Assembly (NCBI GenBank): GCA_049970055.1
Contig: JBMFNR010000002.1
Location: forward strand, 212,406-276,405
DNA: 64,000 nucleotides
Direction: 5' to 3'
DNA from: Fervidobacterium sp.
GTDB taxonomy: Bacteria > Thermotogota > Thermotogae > Thermotogales > Fervidobacteriaceae
The first letter of the stretch is position 1. Each line of letters begins with the position of its first letter. Shown here in pieces: positions 30,919 through 42,404 of the stretch. The notes under the pieces were generated by a model. It saw nothing but the letters and a program-made list of their open reading frames with translations. It did not search any database and was not told where the DNA came from. Both the position numbers and the translations under genes were made by a program.

Positions 30919-31746
30919 ATGGGTCTTAAAAGATTTAAGCCAACAACTCCAGGTAGAAGATTTATGATAATTCCTGACTTTTCGGAAATAACAAAGGCAG
31001 AGCCCGAAAAGTCTCTTGTTGTTCCATTGAAGAAGACAGCGGGAAGAAACCACCACGGTAGAATCACAGTAAGGTTCAGAGGTGGCGGGCATAAGAGACT
31101 TTACAGGATAGTTGACTTTAGAAGATGGGAAAAGGAAAACATTCCAGCAAAAGTTGTTTCGATTGAGTACGATCCAAATAGAACCGCGAGAATAGCCCTT
31201 CTCGTTTACGCAGATGGTGAAAAACGATACATATTGGCACCAAATGGGCTCAGCGTTGGGGATACTGTAATGTCCGGTCCAGAAGCGGAAATCAAGCCTG
31301 GAAATGCGCTTCCACTTGAGAATATACCAATTGGTACAATCGTGCACAATGTTGAATATTTACCGCGCGGTGGTGCAAAAATTGCAAGAAGTGCAGGTGT
31401 AGCATGCCAACTTATGGCAAAAGAGGGGAACTACGCACTTCTCAGGATGCCATCAGGTGAATTAAGAAAGGTACACGTAAAGTGCTACGCAACGGTTGGT
31501 ATAGTTGGAAATGAAGACCACAAAAATGAAGTTTCCGGTAAAGCTGGTAGGGAAAGATGGAAGGGTAGAAAACCACACGTACGTGGTGTCGTTATGAATC
31601 CTGTTGATCACCCACATGGTGGTGGTGAAGGAAGAGGTAAAGGTCACCATCCACAAAGCCCATGGGGTGTACCAGCTAAAGGATACAAGACAAGGAGAGG
31701 TAAGAGAGCAAGCGATAAATTCATAGTTAGAAGAAGAAACGGTTAA
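30919..31746 (+). CDS. rplB: 50S ribosomal protein L2
   Basis: [25 protein letters not shown]. Confidence 0.99.
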   Translation: MGLKRFKPTTPGRRFMIIPDFSEITKAEPEKSLVVPLKKTAGRNHHGRITVRFRGGGHKRLYRIVDFRRWEKENIPAKVVSIEYDPNRTARIALLVYADGEKRYILAPNGLSVGDTVMSGPEAEIKPGNALPLENIPIGTIVHNVEYLPRGGAKIARSAGVACQLMAKEGNYALLRMPSGELRKVHVKCYATVGIVGNEDHKNEVSGKAGRERWKGRKPHVRGVVMNPVDHPHGGGEGRGKGHHPQSPWGVPAKGYKTRRGKRASDKFIVRRRNG

Positions 31747-31762
31747 TCAGGAGGTGTAATGA

Positions 31763-32050
31763 ATGAGCCGTTCAAGTAAAAAAGGACCTTTTGTTGATCC
31801 TAAATTAATCAAAAAGATTAGAATGCTCAACGAAACGGGCGAGAAGAAAATAATTAAAACATGGAGCAGAGCAAGCACAATTGTTCCAGAGATGGTTGGG
31901 CACACTATAGCAGTTTACAATGGAATGAAGCACATACCCGTTTACATAACAGAAAATATGGTTGGCCACAAGCTCGGAGAATTTTCATTTACGAGAAGAT
32001 TTGGTGGACATACGAACAAGTCAGCCAAAAAAGGTGAGGTCAAGAAATAA
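31763..32050 (+). CDS. rpsS: 30S ribosomal protein S19
   Basis: [18 protein letters not shown]. Confidence 0.99.
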
Positions 32051-32064
32051 GGAGGGAATTAATA

Positions 32065-32508
32065 ATGCAAACGATTATTAAAAGAGAAGGACTCAAAAGG
32101 TCCAAGTTCCACGCAAAAAGAAAAGAGACACTCGCCACGTTACCAAAATATGAAGCAAGGGCGGTTGCAAGATTTGTCCGCATATCTCCAAGAAAAGCAA
32201 GATCAGTAGTCAACTCTATAAGGGGTAAGAATGTTTCAGAAGCGTTTAATCTTCTTGAATTTTCGCCTAAAAAGGCTGCACGAATCGTATATAATGTGTT
32301 AAAATCGGCAGTAGCAAATGCAACAAACAACCTCGGACTTTCTGAGGATAATCTTTATGTTGCAGCATGCTATGTAAATGATGGTCCAAGAATGAAAAGA
32401 GTTTGGGCACGCGGTAGAGGAAGGGCAGACATCATTCAAAAAAGGATGTCTCATGTAACTGTTGTTGTAAGAGACAGGGAAAAAGAAAATGAATCAAAAG
32501 CAAAATAA
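32065..32508 (+). CDS. rplV: 50S ribosomal protein L22 with N-terminal extension
   Basis: [20 protein letters not shown]. Confidence 0.98.
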   Translation: MQTIIKREGLKRSKFHAKRKETLATLPKYEARAVARFVRISPRKARSVVNSIRGKNVSEAFNLLEFSPKKAARIVYNVLKSAVANATNNLGLSEDNLYVAACYVNDGPRMKRVWARGRGRADIIQKRMSHVTVVVRDREKENESKAK

Positions 32509-32532
32509 TACATATGTTGTGAGGTGATACAG

Positions 32533-33162
32533 GTGGGTCAAAAAGTACATCCAAAAGGTTTTAGGCTTGGTTTAACAGCAGACTGGGATGCACAGTGGTT
32601 CAATGAAAAGAAATACAAGGAATACTTGCTTGAAGATGAGGCAATTAGGAAGTTCATCAAGAAAAACTATGATCAGGCTGGTATCGCGAGAGTGTTTATT
32701 CAAAGGCCAGATGCTGAAAGAGTACTTGTTTCCATTCACGCTGCAAGGCCAGGAATATTAATCGGTAAAAAAGGTGCGGGTATCACAGAATTAAGACAAG
32801 CTCTTGAAGCAAACTTCAACAGGAAATTTGGAATTGATATTGTTGAAGTAAAAACGCCCGAGACAGAGGCAGTACTTGTAGCAGAATCAATTGCACAAAA
32901 AATAGAAAAACGTGCATCATACAAGATAGTAATGAAAAGAGCAATTACCGCGGCACTAAAAAGGGGAGCAAAAGGAATAAAGATAATGGTTTCCGGAAGA
33001 CTTGCGGGTGCGGAAATAGCAAGAACAGAGTGGTACTTAAAAGGAAGACTTCCACTTCAAACATTAAGATCTGTAATTGATTATTCAACTGCACGAGCAG
33101 AGACAAAGTACGGTACAATCGGAATTAAAGTTTGGATATACAAAGGTGACCAGCAGATATAA
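32533..33162 (+). CDS. rpsC: 30S ribosomal protein S3
   Basis: [25 protein letters not shown] start after GAGGTG. Confidence 0.99.
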   Translation: MGQKVHPKGFRLGLTADWDAQWFNEKKYKEYLLEDEAIRKFIKKNYDQAGIARVFIQRPDAERVLVSIHAARPGILIGKKGAGITELRQALEANFNRKFGIDIVEVKTPETEAVLVAESIAQKIEKRASYKIVMKRAITAALKRGAKGIKIMVSGRLAGAEIARTEWYLKGRLPLQTLRSVIDYSTARAETKYGTIGIKVWIYKGDQQI

Positions 33163-33258
33163 TTTCAAAATACTTCTACTGAAGTGAACAGAGCCGAGAA
33201 ATTGAATAGAGTATTAGCAGACCTGTAAAATATAGGCAGATGAGGGAGGTAAGCAGCC

Positions 33259-33687
33259 ATGTTGATGCCAAAAAGGGTTAAATATAGAAAACAACACCGA
33301 GGAAGAACAAAAGGCGAAGCCAAAGGTGGAGCTCTCGTAATGTTTGGTGAGTACGGACTGAAAGCACTCGAACCATCATGGATTACATCACAACAAATAG
33401 AAGCGTGTAGGCTTGCCATTACAAGGACGCTTAAAAAAGAAGGAAAACTTTGGATAAAGATATTCCCAGACAAATCTTACACAAAACACCCACCGGAAAC
33501 AAAACTTGGTAAAGGTAAAGGTAACGTTGAAGGATGGGTTGCAGTCGTAAAACCAGGGAAGATAATGTTCGAAATCGGTGGTGTAGACGAAGAAACAGCA
33601 ATTAAAGCGTTAGAGTATGCCGCAACGAAATTACCAATCAAAACAAAAATAGTGACAAGACATCACATAGGTGGTGAAGCAGTATGA
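33259..33687 (+). CDS. rplP: 50S ribosomal protein L16
   Basis: [20 protein letters not shown]. Confidence 0.99.
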   Translation: MLMPKRVKYRKQHRGRTKGEAKGGALVMFGEYGLKALEPSWITSQQIEACRLAITRTLKKEGKLWIKIFPDKSYTKHPPETKLGKGKGNVEGWVAVVKPGKIMFEIGGVDEETAIKALEYAATKLPIKTKIVTRHHIGGEAV

Positions 33688-33884
33688 CACCAGTGGAAAT
33701 CAGAAATATGAGCAATGAAGAATTAGTTAGATTACTCGAGGAAAAGAAAAGAACGTTAATGAACCTAAGGTTTCAGAATGCAATGGGTGAATTGAGAGAT
33801 ACAAGCCTTATTCAGAAAACAAAAAGGGACATAGCAAGAATCAAAACTATTCTACGCGAACGTGAACTTGATATAAGGAGGTAA
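33684..33884 (+). CDS. rpmC: 50S ribosomal protein L29
   Basis: LRFQ...G...IARIKTI. Confidence 0.98.
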   Translation: MTPVEIRNMSNEELVRLLEEKKRTLMNLRFQNAMGELRDTSLIQKTKRDIARIKTILRERELDIRR

Positions 33885-33889
33885 TACAC

Positions 33890-34192
33890 ATGCCTAAGAA
33901 AAGATTAATTGGCGTTGTCATAAGCGATAAAATGGATAAAACTGTAACTGTTGAGGTCGAAAGACTTGTAAAACACCCAAAATTTGGTAAGTACGTCAAA
34001 AGATCTAAGAAATTCTACGCACACGATGAAAACAACACTTGTAAAATTGGGGACGTTGTTGAAATCGAAGAATCAAGACCACTAAGCAAACTCAAAAGAT
34101 GGGTTGTTGTAAGAATTCTTGAACATTCAAAACTAGGAGAAACGCCAGAGACAGAGGAAAACATCGATATAGAAGGGGGTAGTGAACAATGA
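33890..34192 (+). CDS. rpsQ: 30S ribosomal protein S17
   Basis: [21 protein letters not shown]. Confidence 0.99.
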   Translation: MPKKRLIGVVISDKMDKTVTVEVERLVKHPKFGKYVKRSKKFYAHDENNTCKIGDVVEIEESRPLSKLKRWVVVRILEHSKLGETPETEENIDIEGGSEQ

Positions 34193-34557
34193 TACAGAAT
34201 GAAAGCTACCTCGTAGCAGCCGACAATTCAGGGGCCAAAGTTCTTAGAGTTATAAGAGTTTTGGGTGGTTCGCACAAACAATTTGGCACAATAGGAGATA
34301 TCGTTGTTTGTAGTGTAAGAGAAGCTGTTCCAAATACAGATATTAAGAAGGGTGACGTTGTCAAGGCTGTTGTTGTTAGAACAAGAAAAGAAATTAGAAG
34401 ACCAGATGGCAGCTACATAAGGTTTGACGACAATGCAGCTGTAGTTCTTGACAAATTCAACCAACCAAAAGGTACACGTGTCTTTGGACCAGTTGCAAGA
34501 GAACTTAGAGAAAAGGGCTTCATGAAAATAGTATCTCTTGCACCAGAAGTATGGTAA
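34189..34557 (+). CDS. rplN: 50S ribosomal protein L14
   Basis: [25 protein letters not shown]. Confidence 0.99.
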   Translation: MIQNESYLVAADNSGAKVLRVIRVLGGSHKQFGTIGDIVVCSVREAVPNTDIKKGDVVKAVVVRTRKEIRRPDGSYIRFDDNAAVVLDKFNQPKGTRVFGPVARELREKGFMKIVSLAPEVW

Positions 34558-34570
34558 GGGGTGGTAATCG

Positions 34571-34894
34571 ATGGCACAGAAGATAAAAAAGGGAGACACA
34601 GTGCAAGTAATTTCCGGAAAAGATAAAGGAAAAAGAGGAGAAGTCATCCAAGTAATGCCAAAAGATGAAAAAATAATTGTTAGAGGCATTAATATAGTCA
34701 AAAGACACCAAAGACCAACGGGACAACTTAGGCAGGGTGGAATTATAGAAAAAGAAGCGCCACTTTATTGGTCTAAGGTAATGTTAGTATGTCCAAGCTG
34801 TGACAAACCAACGAGGGTAGGTTTCAAAGTTTTAGAAGATGGTTCCAAAGTGAGATACTGCAAAAAATGTGGAGAAATCATAGATAAGAAGTAA
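34571..34894 (+). CDS. rplX: 50S ribosomal protein L24
   Basis: [20 protein letters not shown] motif. Confidence 0.99.
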   Translation: MAQKIKKGDTVQVISGKDKGKRGEVIQVMPKDEKIIVRGINIVKRHQRPTGQLRQGGIIEKEAPLYWSKVMLVCPSCDKPTRVGFKVLEDGSKVRYCKKCGEIIDKK

Positions 34895-34907
34895 GGAGGA
34901 GTAAAAA

Positions 34908-35462
34908 ATGGCCTACGAATTTGTTCCTTTAAAAGAAAAGTACCAAAAAGAAGTGGTGCCAGCTCTAATGAAAGAATTCGGATATAAAAACATCCATGAA
35001 GTTCCAAAGCTTGTTAAAGTTGTTATCAACATGGGTGTTGGTGAAGGTTCAAGAAATAAGGATGTTATAGAATCGCACGCAAGAGAATTGACAATGATAG
35101 CTGGTCAAAAAGCTCTTATTACAAAGGCGAAAAAGAGCATATCGAACTTCAAAATCCGAAAAGGAATGAGTGTAGGTGTGAAAGTTACACTCAGAAGTGC
35201 AAGGATGTACAACTTTGTTTACAAACTTGTCAATCTCGTTCTTCCAAAAGTCAGGGACTTCAGAGGGCTCAATCCAAATTCATTCGACGGGAAGGGAAAT
35301 TACAGCTTTGGCTTGACAGAACAACTTGTGTTTCCCGAAATATCCCCTGATCAAGTCAAGAGGATTCAAGGTATGGATATTGTTATCGTCACAACAGCGA
35401 AAAAAGATGAAGAAGCAAGAAGATTACTTGAATTACTTGGTTTCCCATTCAAAAAGCAGTAA
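34908..35462 (+). CDS. rplE: 50S ribosomal protein L5
   Basis: INMGVGE, RDFRGL, FDGKGNY. Confidence 0.99.
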   Translation: MAYEFVPLKEKYQKEVVPALMKEFGYKNIHEVPKLVKVVINMGVGEGSRNKDVIESHARELTMIAGQKALITKAKKSISNFKIRKGMSVGVKVTLRSARMYNFVYKLVNLVLPKVRDFRGLNPNSFDGKGNYSFGLTEQLVFPEISPDQVKRIQGMDIVIVTTAKKDEEARRLLELLGFPFKKQ

Positions 35463-35482
35463 TTTAAGGAGGGAAAGGTTAA

Positions 35483-35668
35483 ATGGCTAAAAAATCAATG
35501 GTTGAAAAATGGAAAAAACCGAAGAAGTTTAAGGTTAGAGAATACACAAGATGCAGCATTTGTGGTAGATCTCACTCAGTGTACAGAGAATTTGGTATAT
35601 GCAGAGTTTGCTTCAGAAGAATGGCTAACGAGGGAAAACTCCCGGGCGTTAGGAAGGCAAGCTGGTAA
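35483..35668 (+). CDS. rpsN: 30S ribosomal protein S14, zinc-binding type Z
   Basis: RCSICGR...[15 protein letters not shown]. Confidence 0.99.
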   Translation: MAKKSMVEKWKKPKKFKVREYTRCSICGRSHSVYREFGICRVCFRRMANEGKLPGVRKASW

Positions 35669-35685
35669 TTATGGAGGTGTTAACC

Positions 35686-36090
35686 GTGTGGAGCGATCCA
35701 ATAGCTGACATGCTTACAAGAATAAGGAATGCAAACCAAGTCTTTAAAGAACAAGTAGATATTCCTGCATCAAATTTGAAGAAGGCGATTGCTGATATTC
35801 TTGTTAGAGAAGGTTTTATAAAGGGCTATACATATATAGAAGACGGTAAGCAAGGCATATTGAGAATTCAAATGAAATACAAAGGAACAAGAAAGAATAG
35901 GGAAAGAGTTATTCATGGGGTTGTACGTGTTTCCAAAGCAGGTAGAAGGATATACGTTGGAAAGAACAACATACCAAGAGTTAAAAATGGACTCGGTATT
36001 GCTATAATATCCACATCAAAAGGCGTACTCACCGACAAGGAAGCAGAACAACATGGAGTCGGTGGAGAAGTTATTGCCTACATCTGGTAA
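35686..36090 (+). CDS. rpsH: 30S ribosomal protein S8
   Basis: [25 protein letters not shown] start after GGAGG. Confidence 0.99.
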   Translation: MWSDPIADMLTRIRNANQVFKEQVDIPASNLKKAIADILVREGFIKGYTYIEDGKQGILRIQMKYKGTRKNRERVIHGVVRVSKAGRRIYVGKNNIPRVKNGLGIAIISTSKGVLTDKEAEQHGVGGEVIAYIW

Positions 36091-36103
36091 GGAGGTGTAG
36101 TTC

Positions 36104-36658
36104 ATGTCTCGTATTGCGAAAAAACCACTTGTTTTGCCATCAAATGTACAAATATCAGTCACCGACTCTGAAATCAGAGTTAAAGGTCCGAAAGGAGAAC
36201 TCAAATTAGCAACACATCCTTTTATTTCTATAAAAATTGAAGGTAATGAAGTGTGGTTTACGCCAAATCTCGAGGTTGCTAAGAGAAAAGCGGACGAAAG
36301 AAAATTCAAGGCTATGGTTGGTACCTATTGGAGACTTGTAAGGAATATGGTACTTGGTGTTACGGAAGGTTTCAAAAAGGAACTTGAAATTGTTGGCGTT
36401 GGTTACAGGGCACAACTTCAAGGGAACAAGTTAATTATGAACCTTGGTTATGCACACCAAGTTGAATTTGATGTTCCAGGCGATGTAAAAGTTGAAGTTC
36501 CTGCACCAAACAGAATAATTGTTAGTGGAATTGACAAACAGAGGGTAGGACAAGTAGCAGCCGACATACGAAAGTGGAGAGAGCCAAACCCATACAGTGG
36601 TAAAGGTATTAAATATGTAGACGAAGTTCTTAGACTTAAAGAAGGAAAGAAAGCATAA
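36104..36658 (+). CDS. rplF: 50S ribosomal protein L6
   Basis: MSRIAKKP, KGPKGEL, GVGYRA, YSGKGIKY. Confidence 0.99.
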   Translation: MSRIAKKPLVLPSNVQISVTDSEIRVKGPKGELKLATHPFISIKIEGNEVWFTPNLEVAKRKADERKFKAMVGTYWRLVRNMVLGVTEGFKKELEIVGVGYRAQLQGNKLIMNLGYAHQVEFDVPGDVKVEVPAPNRIIVSGIDKQRVGQVAADIRKWREPNPYSGKGIKYVDEVLRLKEGKKA

Positions 36659-36671
36659 GGGGGTATAAGAC

Positions 36672-37040
36672 GTGATTAAGCGTGAAGATCGCAGACAATT
36701 AAGATTGGTTAGGCATAAAAGGTTAAGAAAAAAGATTTCAGGAACACCTGAAAGACCGAGACTTGCCGTCTTCAGAAGCGAGAAACACATGTATGCCCAG
36801 ATAATCGATGACATTAAGGGTGTAACTTTAGTTGCAGCTTCGACCACAGAGAAAGCCATGAAGGAAAAATTGAAGAAAACATGGAACGTGGAAGCTGCCA
36901 AAGAAGTTGGAAAATTGATAGCAGAAAGAGCACTTGCGAAAGGTATAAAAGAAGTTGTTTTTGACCGCGGTGGATTTAAGTACCATGGTAGAGTAAAAGC
37001 CCTTGCTGATGCTGCAAGGGAAGCCGGATTGAAATTTTAA
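36672..37040 (+). CDS. rplR: 50S ribosomal protein L18
   Basis: [21 protein letters not shown]. Confidence 0.99.
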   Translation: MIKREDRRQLRLVRHKRLRKKISGTPERPRLAVFRSEKHMYAQIIDDIKGVTLVAASTTEKAMKEKLKKTWNVEAAKEVGKLIAERALAKGIKEVVFDRGGFKYHGRVKALADAAREAGLKF

Positions 37041-37058
37041 GTTTAGGAGGTGCTCACA

Positions 37059-37589
37059 GTGTCAGAAATTGCTGAAAAGATAAAGCAAGCTGGTGAAACA
37101 TTTGAAGAAAGAATAATCGAGATTAGAAGAACGACGAAGGTTACAAAAGGTGGAAAAAATCTTTCGTTTAGAGTTCTCGCAGTAGTTGGGAACAGAAATG
37201 GTAAAGTTGGTGTTGGTGTAGGTAAAGCAAGAGAAGTACCCGATGCAATTAGAAAGGCGCTTGTCAGCGCAAGAAGAAATATAATTGAAGTTCCGGTGGT
37301 TAAAGGTACAATTCCACACGAAGTTGTTGGAAGACAGGATGCCGCGAAGATACTCATGAAACCTGCAGCACCTGGTACAGGTATCATTGCAAATGGTACC
37401 GTCCGTGCAATTCTTGAATTATCAGGCGTTCAAAATGTTCTTACAAAAGCAATGGGCTCAACCAATCCTGTTGTTATGGCCCAAGCAACCATCGATGGAA
37501 TTAAGAATCTTTACCCAATTGAAAAAATCGCTGCTCTTAGAGATGTTACTCCTGCCCAAGTAGTACGCGGTGTAAAAAAGGAGGGTTAA
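37059..37589 (+). CDS. rpsE: 30S ribosomal protein S5
   Basis: [26 protein letters not shown]. Confidence 0.99.
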   Translation: MSEIAEKIKQAGETFEERIIEIRRTTKVTKGGKNLSFRVLAVVGNRNGKVGVGVGKAREVPDAIRKALVSARRNIIEVPVVKGTIPHEVVGRQDAAKILMKPAAPGTGIIANGTVRAILELSGVQNVLTKAMGSTNPVVMAQATIDGIKNLYPIEKIAALRDVTPAQVVRGVKKEG

Positions 37590-37592
37590 GAT

Positions 37593-37778
37593 ATGAAAAA
37601 ACTTAAAATCACGCTTGTTAGAAGCCCTATCGGATATAAATACGACCAAAAAGATACTGTCAAAAGACTTGGCTTAAGAAGAATGCACTATACAGTTATT
37701 AAGGAGGATACACCCCAGATTCGTGGAATGATTAACAAAGTGAAGCACCTTCTAAAAGTTGAAGAAATTGAGGAATAA
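37593..37778 (+). CDS. rpmD: 50S ribosomal protein L30
   Basis: [23 protein letters not shown]. Confidence 0.99.
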   Translation: MKKLKITLVRSPIGYKYDQKDTVKRLGLRRMHYTVIKEDTPQIRGMINKVKHLLKVEEIEE

Positions 37779-37791
37779 GGAGGCGAATTAG

Positions 37792-38238
37792 ATGATAACA
37801 ATAGAGGATCTCAAACCAACTCCTGGCTCAAATAAGAAGTACAAACGGCTGGGTAGAGGACAAGGTTCCGGAAAGGGTAAAACAGCTGGTAAAGGGCACA
37901 AGGGGCAGAAATCAAGAGGTACAGGGAAAGTAAGACTTTGGATGGAAGGTGGTCAGACGCCACTTCACAGAAGACTTCCAAAGTTTGGGTTTAAAAACTT
38001 CACAAAGAAAGTCTACGCGGTGGTCAACATTGAAACATTGGAAGAAAAGTTTGAAAGCAATGCAATTGTTACGCCGGAAGTCCTTCTTGAAAAAGGTATC
38101 ATCAGTAAACTTTACGATGGTGTCAAGATACTTGCAAGAGGAGAAATAACAAAACCACTAACAGTTAAAGCTCACAAATTCAGTGAAAGTGCTAAGGAGA
38201 AGATAGAAAAAGTCGGTGGAAAAATAGAGGTGATTTAA
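37792..38238 (+). CDS. rplO: 50S ribosomal protein L15
   Basis: [26 protein letters not shown]. Confidence 0.99.
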   Translation: MITIEDLKPTPGSNKKYKRLGRGQGSGKGKTAGKGHKGQKSRGTGKVRLWMEGGQTPLHRRLPKFGFKNFTKKVYAVVNIETLEEKFESNAIVTPEVLLEKGIISKLYDGVKILARGEITKPLTVKAHKFSESAKEKIEKVGGKIEVI

Positions 38239-38240
38239 TA

Positions 38241-39527
38241 ATGTGGAAAGCGCTGCGCAATGCAATGAAGATTCCAGAGGTACGGGATAGGGTTATCTTT
38301 ACATTCTTGATGTTACTTGTGTTTAGGCTTGGTATATATGTACCAGTTCCAGGTATAAATATAAAAGCTTGGGGGGAAGCGCTTTCCAAGCAAGGCACCG
38401 GTCTTGCCGGTGGCGTTCTTAGTTTTTATGACGTTTTCACTGGTGGCGCATTTAGCAGATTTTCTGTATTTTCAATGAGTGTTACACCGTACATCAACGC
38501 ATCGATTATCATGCAATTGCTTGCTTCCATCATTCCGTCTTTGAAGGAGCTATTAAAAGAAGGAGAAGAAGGAAGGAAAAAGTTCCAAAGATATACAAAG
38601 AATTTAACACTTGGCCTTGCAGCGCTTCAGTCTTTTGTGGTTTCATTCGGCCTTGCAAGGAGTTATCAAGGAATTATAGCAATCAATACCTGGTTATTCT
38701 CATTCGTTTCAACGGTATCTCTTGTTGCAGGTACAATGTTTCTTTTGTGGATCGGTGATAGAATTACAGAAAAAGGTATTGGAAACGGTGTTAGCATAAT
38801 GATATTTGCAGGTATCGTATCGAGATACCCAGCTTACTTCAGAAATGCTGTTCTCGGCAATCTTAGCATATTTGGTTGGATATTCCTTATTGCGGTTGCT
38901 ATATTTATGATTGTTGCAATTATCTACGTTCAGCAAGCTGAAAGAAGAATCAAAATCGAATATGCAACAAGGATGGTTGGTAGAAGAATTTACGGAGGTA
39001 CAAGCACGTATCTTCCAATTAAAGTTAATCACTCAGGTGTTATTCCCATAATCTTTGCTTGGGCTATTATTAGCATCCCAGAAGCAATCGCACAGATTAC
39101 AGGTGCACAATGGGCAATAAAATTATTCAGTATGCAAAGTCCGTTTATGATGATACTCTACGCACTTTTGATATTCTTCTTTACATACTTCTACAGTGTG
39201 GTCGTTATTGATCCAAAGGATATATCTGAGAATATCAAAAGATACGGTGGATTCATTCCTGGTATAAGGGCTGGGAAACCAACGGAAGAGTATATCACTT
39301 ACGTGCTCAACAGAGTTACATTCCTTGGAGCGGTCTTCCTTGTCGGTATTTCATTGCTTCCTTACTTAGTTGAAGGTGTAACGAGAGTTAATATATGGCT
39401 TGGCGGTACGAGTGCACTTATTGCAGTTGGCGTTGCGCTCGATATTGCTCAACAAATAGAAGCGCATCTGATTATGAGAAATTACGAAGGCTTTGTCAAG
39501 AAAGGTAAGATAGCGGGAAGAAGATAA
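38241..39527 (+). CDS. secY: Preprotein translocase SecY
   Basis: PYINASII, GIGNGVS, GGFIPGIR, GGTS. Confidence 0.99.
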   Translation: MWKALRNAMKIPEVRDRVIFTFLMLLVFRLGIYVPVPGINIKAWGEALSKQGTGLAGGVLSFYDVFTGGAFSRFSVFSMSVTPYINASIIMQLLASIIPSLKELLKEGEEGRKKFQRYTKNLTLGLAALQSFVVSFGLARSYQGIIAINTWLFSFVSTVSLVAGTMFLLWIGDRITEKGIGNGVSIMIFAGIVSRYPAYFRNAVLGNLSIFGWIFLIAVAIFMIVAIIYVQQAERRIKIEYATRMVGRRIYGGTSTYLPIKVNHSGVIPIIFAWAIISIPEAIAQITGAQWAIKLFSMQSPFMMILYALLIFFFTYFYSVVVIDPKDISENIKRYGGFIPGIRAGKPTEEYITYVLNRVTFLGAVFLVGISLLPYLVEGVTRVNIWLGGTSALIAVGVALDIAQQIEAHLIMRNYEGFVKKGKIAGRR

Positions 39528-39611
39528 AATCGTTTCCGTTGTCGGTGGCCGATGATGATAGCGGCCCCCGACTTTAGGTGAAATGGATAATCATACGAAG
39601 AGGTGGGGTTT

Positions 39612-40268
39612 GTGAATTTGATATTTCTTGGACCTCCGGGTGCAGGGAAAGGAACTTATGCCAAAAGAGTTGTTGAACAATACGATATACCACATATATC
39701 CACGGGTGACATATTCAGGGAAGCAATTGCAAAAGGTACAGAACTTGGAAAAAAAGTACAAAATATAGTTAGTTCGGGAAATTTAGTTCCTGACGACCTT
39801 ACTAACGCATTAGTTGAAGAAAGATTGAAACAATCTGACTGCAAAAATGGTTTTATACTCGATGGCTATCCAAGGACCATAAACCAAGCTCAAGCGTTGG
39901 ATGTGATGTTACAAGCAATGGGAAGGGAATTAACGGGAGCCATATACTTCGAAGTAGATGAGGAAACGGTTGTCCAACGAATCTCAACAAGACGTGTATG
40001 TTCAAGGTGTGGAAAAGTTTACAATATTATCACGTTACCACCTAAAGTTGAAGGTATCTGTGATGATTGTGGTGGAAAGCTTATACAAAGAGATGATGAC
40101 AAAGAAGAAATCGTTAGAAGCCGATATAGAGTATACATCGAAAAAACCTCACCGTTAATTGAATATTATAGAAATCAGAATAAACTTTTTACATTAGATG
40201 GTAGAAAAAGTGTAGAAGAAGTGATGAAAATATTGTTTAATATATTGGGTGGTTTAAATCGAAAATGA
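39612..40268 (+). CDS. adk: Adenylate kinase (Zn-lid type)
   Basis: GPPGAGKGT, HISTGD, LDGYPR, CxxC...CxxC lid; start may be 39603. Confidence 0.98.
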   Translation: MNLIFLGPPGAGKGTYAKRVVEQYDIPHISTGDIFREAIAKGTELGKKVQNIVSSGNLVPDDLTNALVEERLKQSDCKNGFILDGYPRTINQAQALDVMLQAMGRELTGAIYFEVDEETVVQRISTRRVCSRCGKVYNIITLPPKVEGICDDCGGKLIQRDDDKEEIVRSRYRVYIEKTSPLIEYYRNQNKLFTLDGRKSVEEVMKILFNILGGLNRK

Positions 40269-41017
40269 TTAGGTTGAAATCAAGTGAAGAAATTGAGAAA
40301 ATGAAAATAGCAGGTAGAGCGGTTGGCCTCATACTAAGCGAATCAAGAAACGTAGTTATGGAAGGTGCCACTGCTTACGATGTGGAAATGCTTGCAGAAA
40401 AGATTTTAAACGAACTGAAGTGTAAACCTGCGTTTAAAGGTTACGGTGGGTATCCATATATAACCACAGTTTCAGTAAATGAAGAAGTTATACATGGATT
40501 CCCATTGAAGAAGAAAGTATTTAAAAAAGGTGACATTGTATCTATAGATGTAGGAGCAATCTACGAAGGATATTATGGTGATGGCGCGGTAACGTACATA
40601 GTTGGAGAAACCGATGAGGTTGGTGAAAATCTTGTCCGAGTGACATACGAATCTCTCATGAGGGCCATAGAAATAATAAGACCTGGTGTAAAATTAGGTG
40701 ATATATCGTATGCAATTCAAACTTATGTTGAAAGTAATGGATTCGGAGTCGTGAGAGATTTTGTAGGTCATGGTGTGGGAAGAGCGCTTCACGAAGATCC
40801 ACAAGTACCCAATTATGGAAAACCTGGCACAGGTATAACACTTAAAGCAGGAATGACGATTGCTATAGAACCTATGGTTACAGAAGGCGGCTGGCACGTA
40901 GTTATTTTGGAAGATGGTTGGACAGTAGTTACAACGGATGGTAAGAGAGCGGCACACTTCGAACATACGGTAGCGGTAACAGAGAGCGGCTACGAGATAC
41001 TCACTCTTCCTAGCTAA
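40265..41017 (+). CDS. map: Methionine aminopeptidase type I
   Basis: SVNEEVIHG, GHGVG..LHEDP, AIEPM, AHFEHT. Confidence 0.98.
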   Translation: MIRLKSSEEIEKMKIAGRAVGLILSESRNVVMEGATAYDVEMLAEKILNELKCKPAFKGYGGYPYITTVSVNEEVIHGFPLKKKVFKKGDIVSIDVGAIYEGYYGDGAVTYIVGETDEVGENLVRVTYESLMRAIEIIRPGVKLGDISYAIQTYVESNGFGVVRDFVGHGVGRALHEDPQVPNYGKPGTGITLKAGMTIAIEPMVTEGGWHVVILEDGWTVVTTDGKRAAHFEHTVAVTESGYEILTLPS

Positions 41018-41072
41018 TTGATTGAAAGATTTTAAGATCTTTGGAAACTTTTAAGTGCGTGAGGTGATTTAT

Positions 41073-41336
41073 CTGAAAAACAAGGAAGACGTCATACGAA
41101 TGGAAGGAACAATAGTTGAAGCACTACCGAATGCTATGTTCAGAGTACAACTCGACAACGGATTTAAAGTACTAGCACATGTCTCTGGTAAGATGAGGAA
41201 AAACTTTATTAGACTTGTTCCTGGTGATAGAGTTGTAGTTGAGCTCACCATTTATGACCTTACTCGTGGTAGGATCGTTTACAGAAAGAAAATTGACGCA
41301 AAAGGTGAAGAAGAAATATTAGATGAAGATGAATAG
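41073..41336 (+). CDS. infA: Translation initiation factor IF-1 (probable CTG start)
   Basis: [38 protein letters not shown] lies 6 nt before an in-frame CTG. Confidence 0.95.
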   Translation: MKNKEDVIRMEGTIVEALPNAMFRVQLDNGFKVLAHVSGKMRKNFIRLVPGDRVVVELTIYDLTRGRIVYRKKIDAKGEEEILDEDE

Positions 41337-41375
41337 TATCAGAAGAATAAAAACATCCGAAAGGAGAGGAAAATT

Positions 41376-41492
41376 ATGAAAGTGAAAGCATCTGTTGGTA
41401 AAAGGTGTGAATATTGTAAAGTTATCCGCAGAAGAGGAAAAGTTTTCGTTGTGTGTAAAGTAAACCCAAAACACAACCAAAGACAAGGATAA
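41376..41492 (+). CDS. rpmJ: 50S ribosomal protein L36 (missed by the ORF track)
   Basis: Manual translation [38 protein letters not shown]. Confidence 0.98.
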   Translation: MKVKASVGKRCEYCKVIRRRGKVFVVCKVNPKHNQRQG

Positions 41493-41530
41493 TCAAAGGG
41501 TGAATAATTGGTAATTGAGGAGGGAGATTG

Positions 41531-41902
41531 ATGGCTCGTATCGTTGGTGTTGAAATACCAAGCAATAAGAAGGTACATATATCACTAAGATATCTCTACG
41601 GAATTGGACCAACACGCGCAATGGAGATCTGCAAGAATACAGGTGTTGATCCTGACAAGAGAGTGAAAGATCTTACAGAAGATGAGATAAGTAGGATATC
41701 AGCTTACATTCAACAGAACTACAAAGTTGAAGGTGAGTTAAGAACCGAAGTAATGAGAAATATAAAAAGATTGATAGATATAGGTTGTTACCGCGGCTTA
41801 AGGCATAAACTGGGGCTTCCCGTTAGAGGGCAAAGAACAAGGTCGAATGCAAGGACAAGAAAAGGTCCTCGTCCAAGCAGGATCAAGAAAAAAGGTAAAT
41901 AA
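41531..41902 (+). CDS. rpsM: 30S ribosomal protein S13
   Basis: [19 protein letters not shown]. Confidence 0.99.
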   Translation: MARIVGVEIPSNKKVHISLRYLYGIGPTRAMEICKNTGVDPDKRVKDLTEDEISRISAYIQQNYKVEGELRTEVMRNIKRLIDIGCYRGLRHKLGLPVRGQRTRSNARTRKGPRPSRIKKKGK

Positions 41903-41967
41903 AATAACAGTGGACTCGCTTATCTAAGATCAGAGAACGTTAAGGTATGTTAAAGGAGGGAAAGTTC

Positions 41968-42360
41968 ATGGCAAAAGGCCGAACATCGAGAACCAAACAA
42001 AAAAGAAGAGCTGCCGTTGATCATGGCGTGGTACATATTAAGTCAACATACAATAACACGATAATCAGCTTAACGGATCCCAACGGACATGTATTAAGCT
42101 GGGCAAGTGGTGGAACGGCTGGATTTGAGGGTACAAGAAAAGGTACACCGTATGCGGCACAACTTGCGGCAGACAAAGTAGCGAAAGATGCGGTAAAAAT
42201 GGGTATAAAGAGAGTAGATGTTATAGTTAAGGGACCAGGTGCTGGAAGGGAAACAGCGATAAGGACACTCCAAGCGGCAGGACTTGAGATTGACAATATT
42301 AGAGATGCTACACCTATTCCATTTAACGGTTGTAGACCACCAAAAAGAAGAAGAGTATAA
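41968..42360 (+). CDS. rpsK: 30S ribosomal protein S11
   Basis: [28 protein letters not shown]. Confidence 0.99.
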   Translation: MAKGRTSRTKQKRRAAVDHGVVHIKSTYNNTIISLTDPNGHVLSWASGGTAGFEGTRKGTPYAAQLAADKVAKDAVKMGIKRVDVIVKGPGAGRETAIRTLQAAGLEIDNIRDATPIPFNGCRPPKRRRV

Positions 42361-42404
42361 GATGACGAAAAGATGTATGGGCTTAAAGTAAAGGAGGGAA
42401 AATG

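Noticed and set aside
30450..32160. L4 insertion (NPNNGNPVN), L23 loop insertion and L22 N-terminal extension
   Set aside because: These appear to be lineage-typical Thermotogae features rather than novelty
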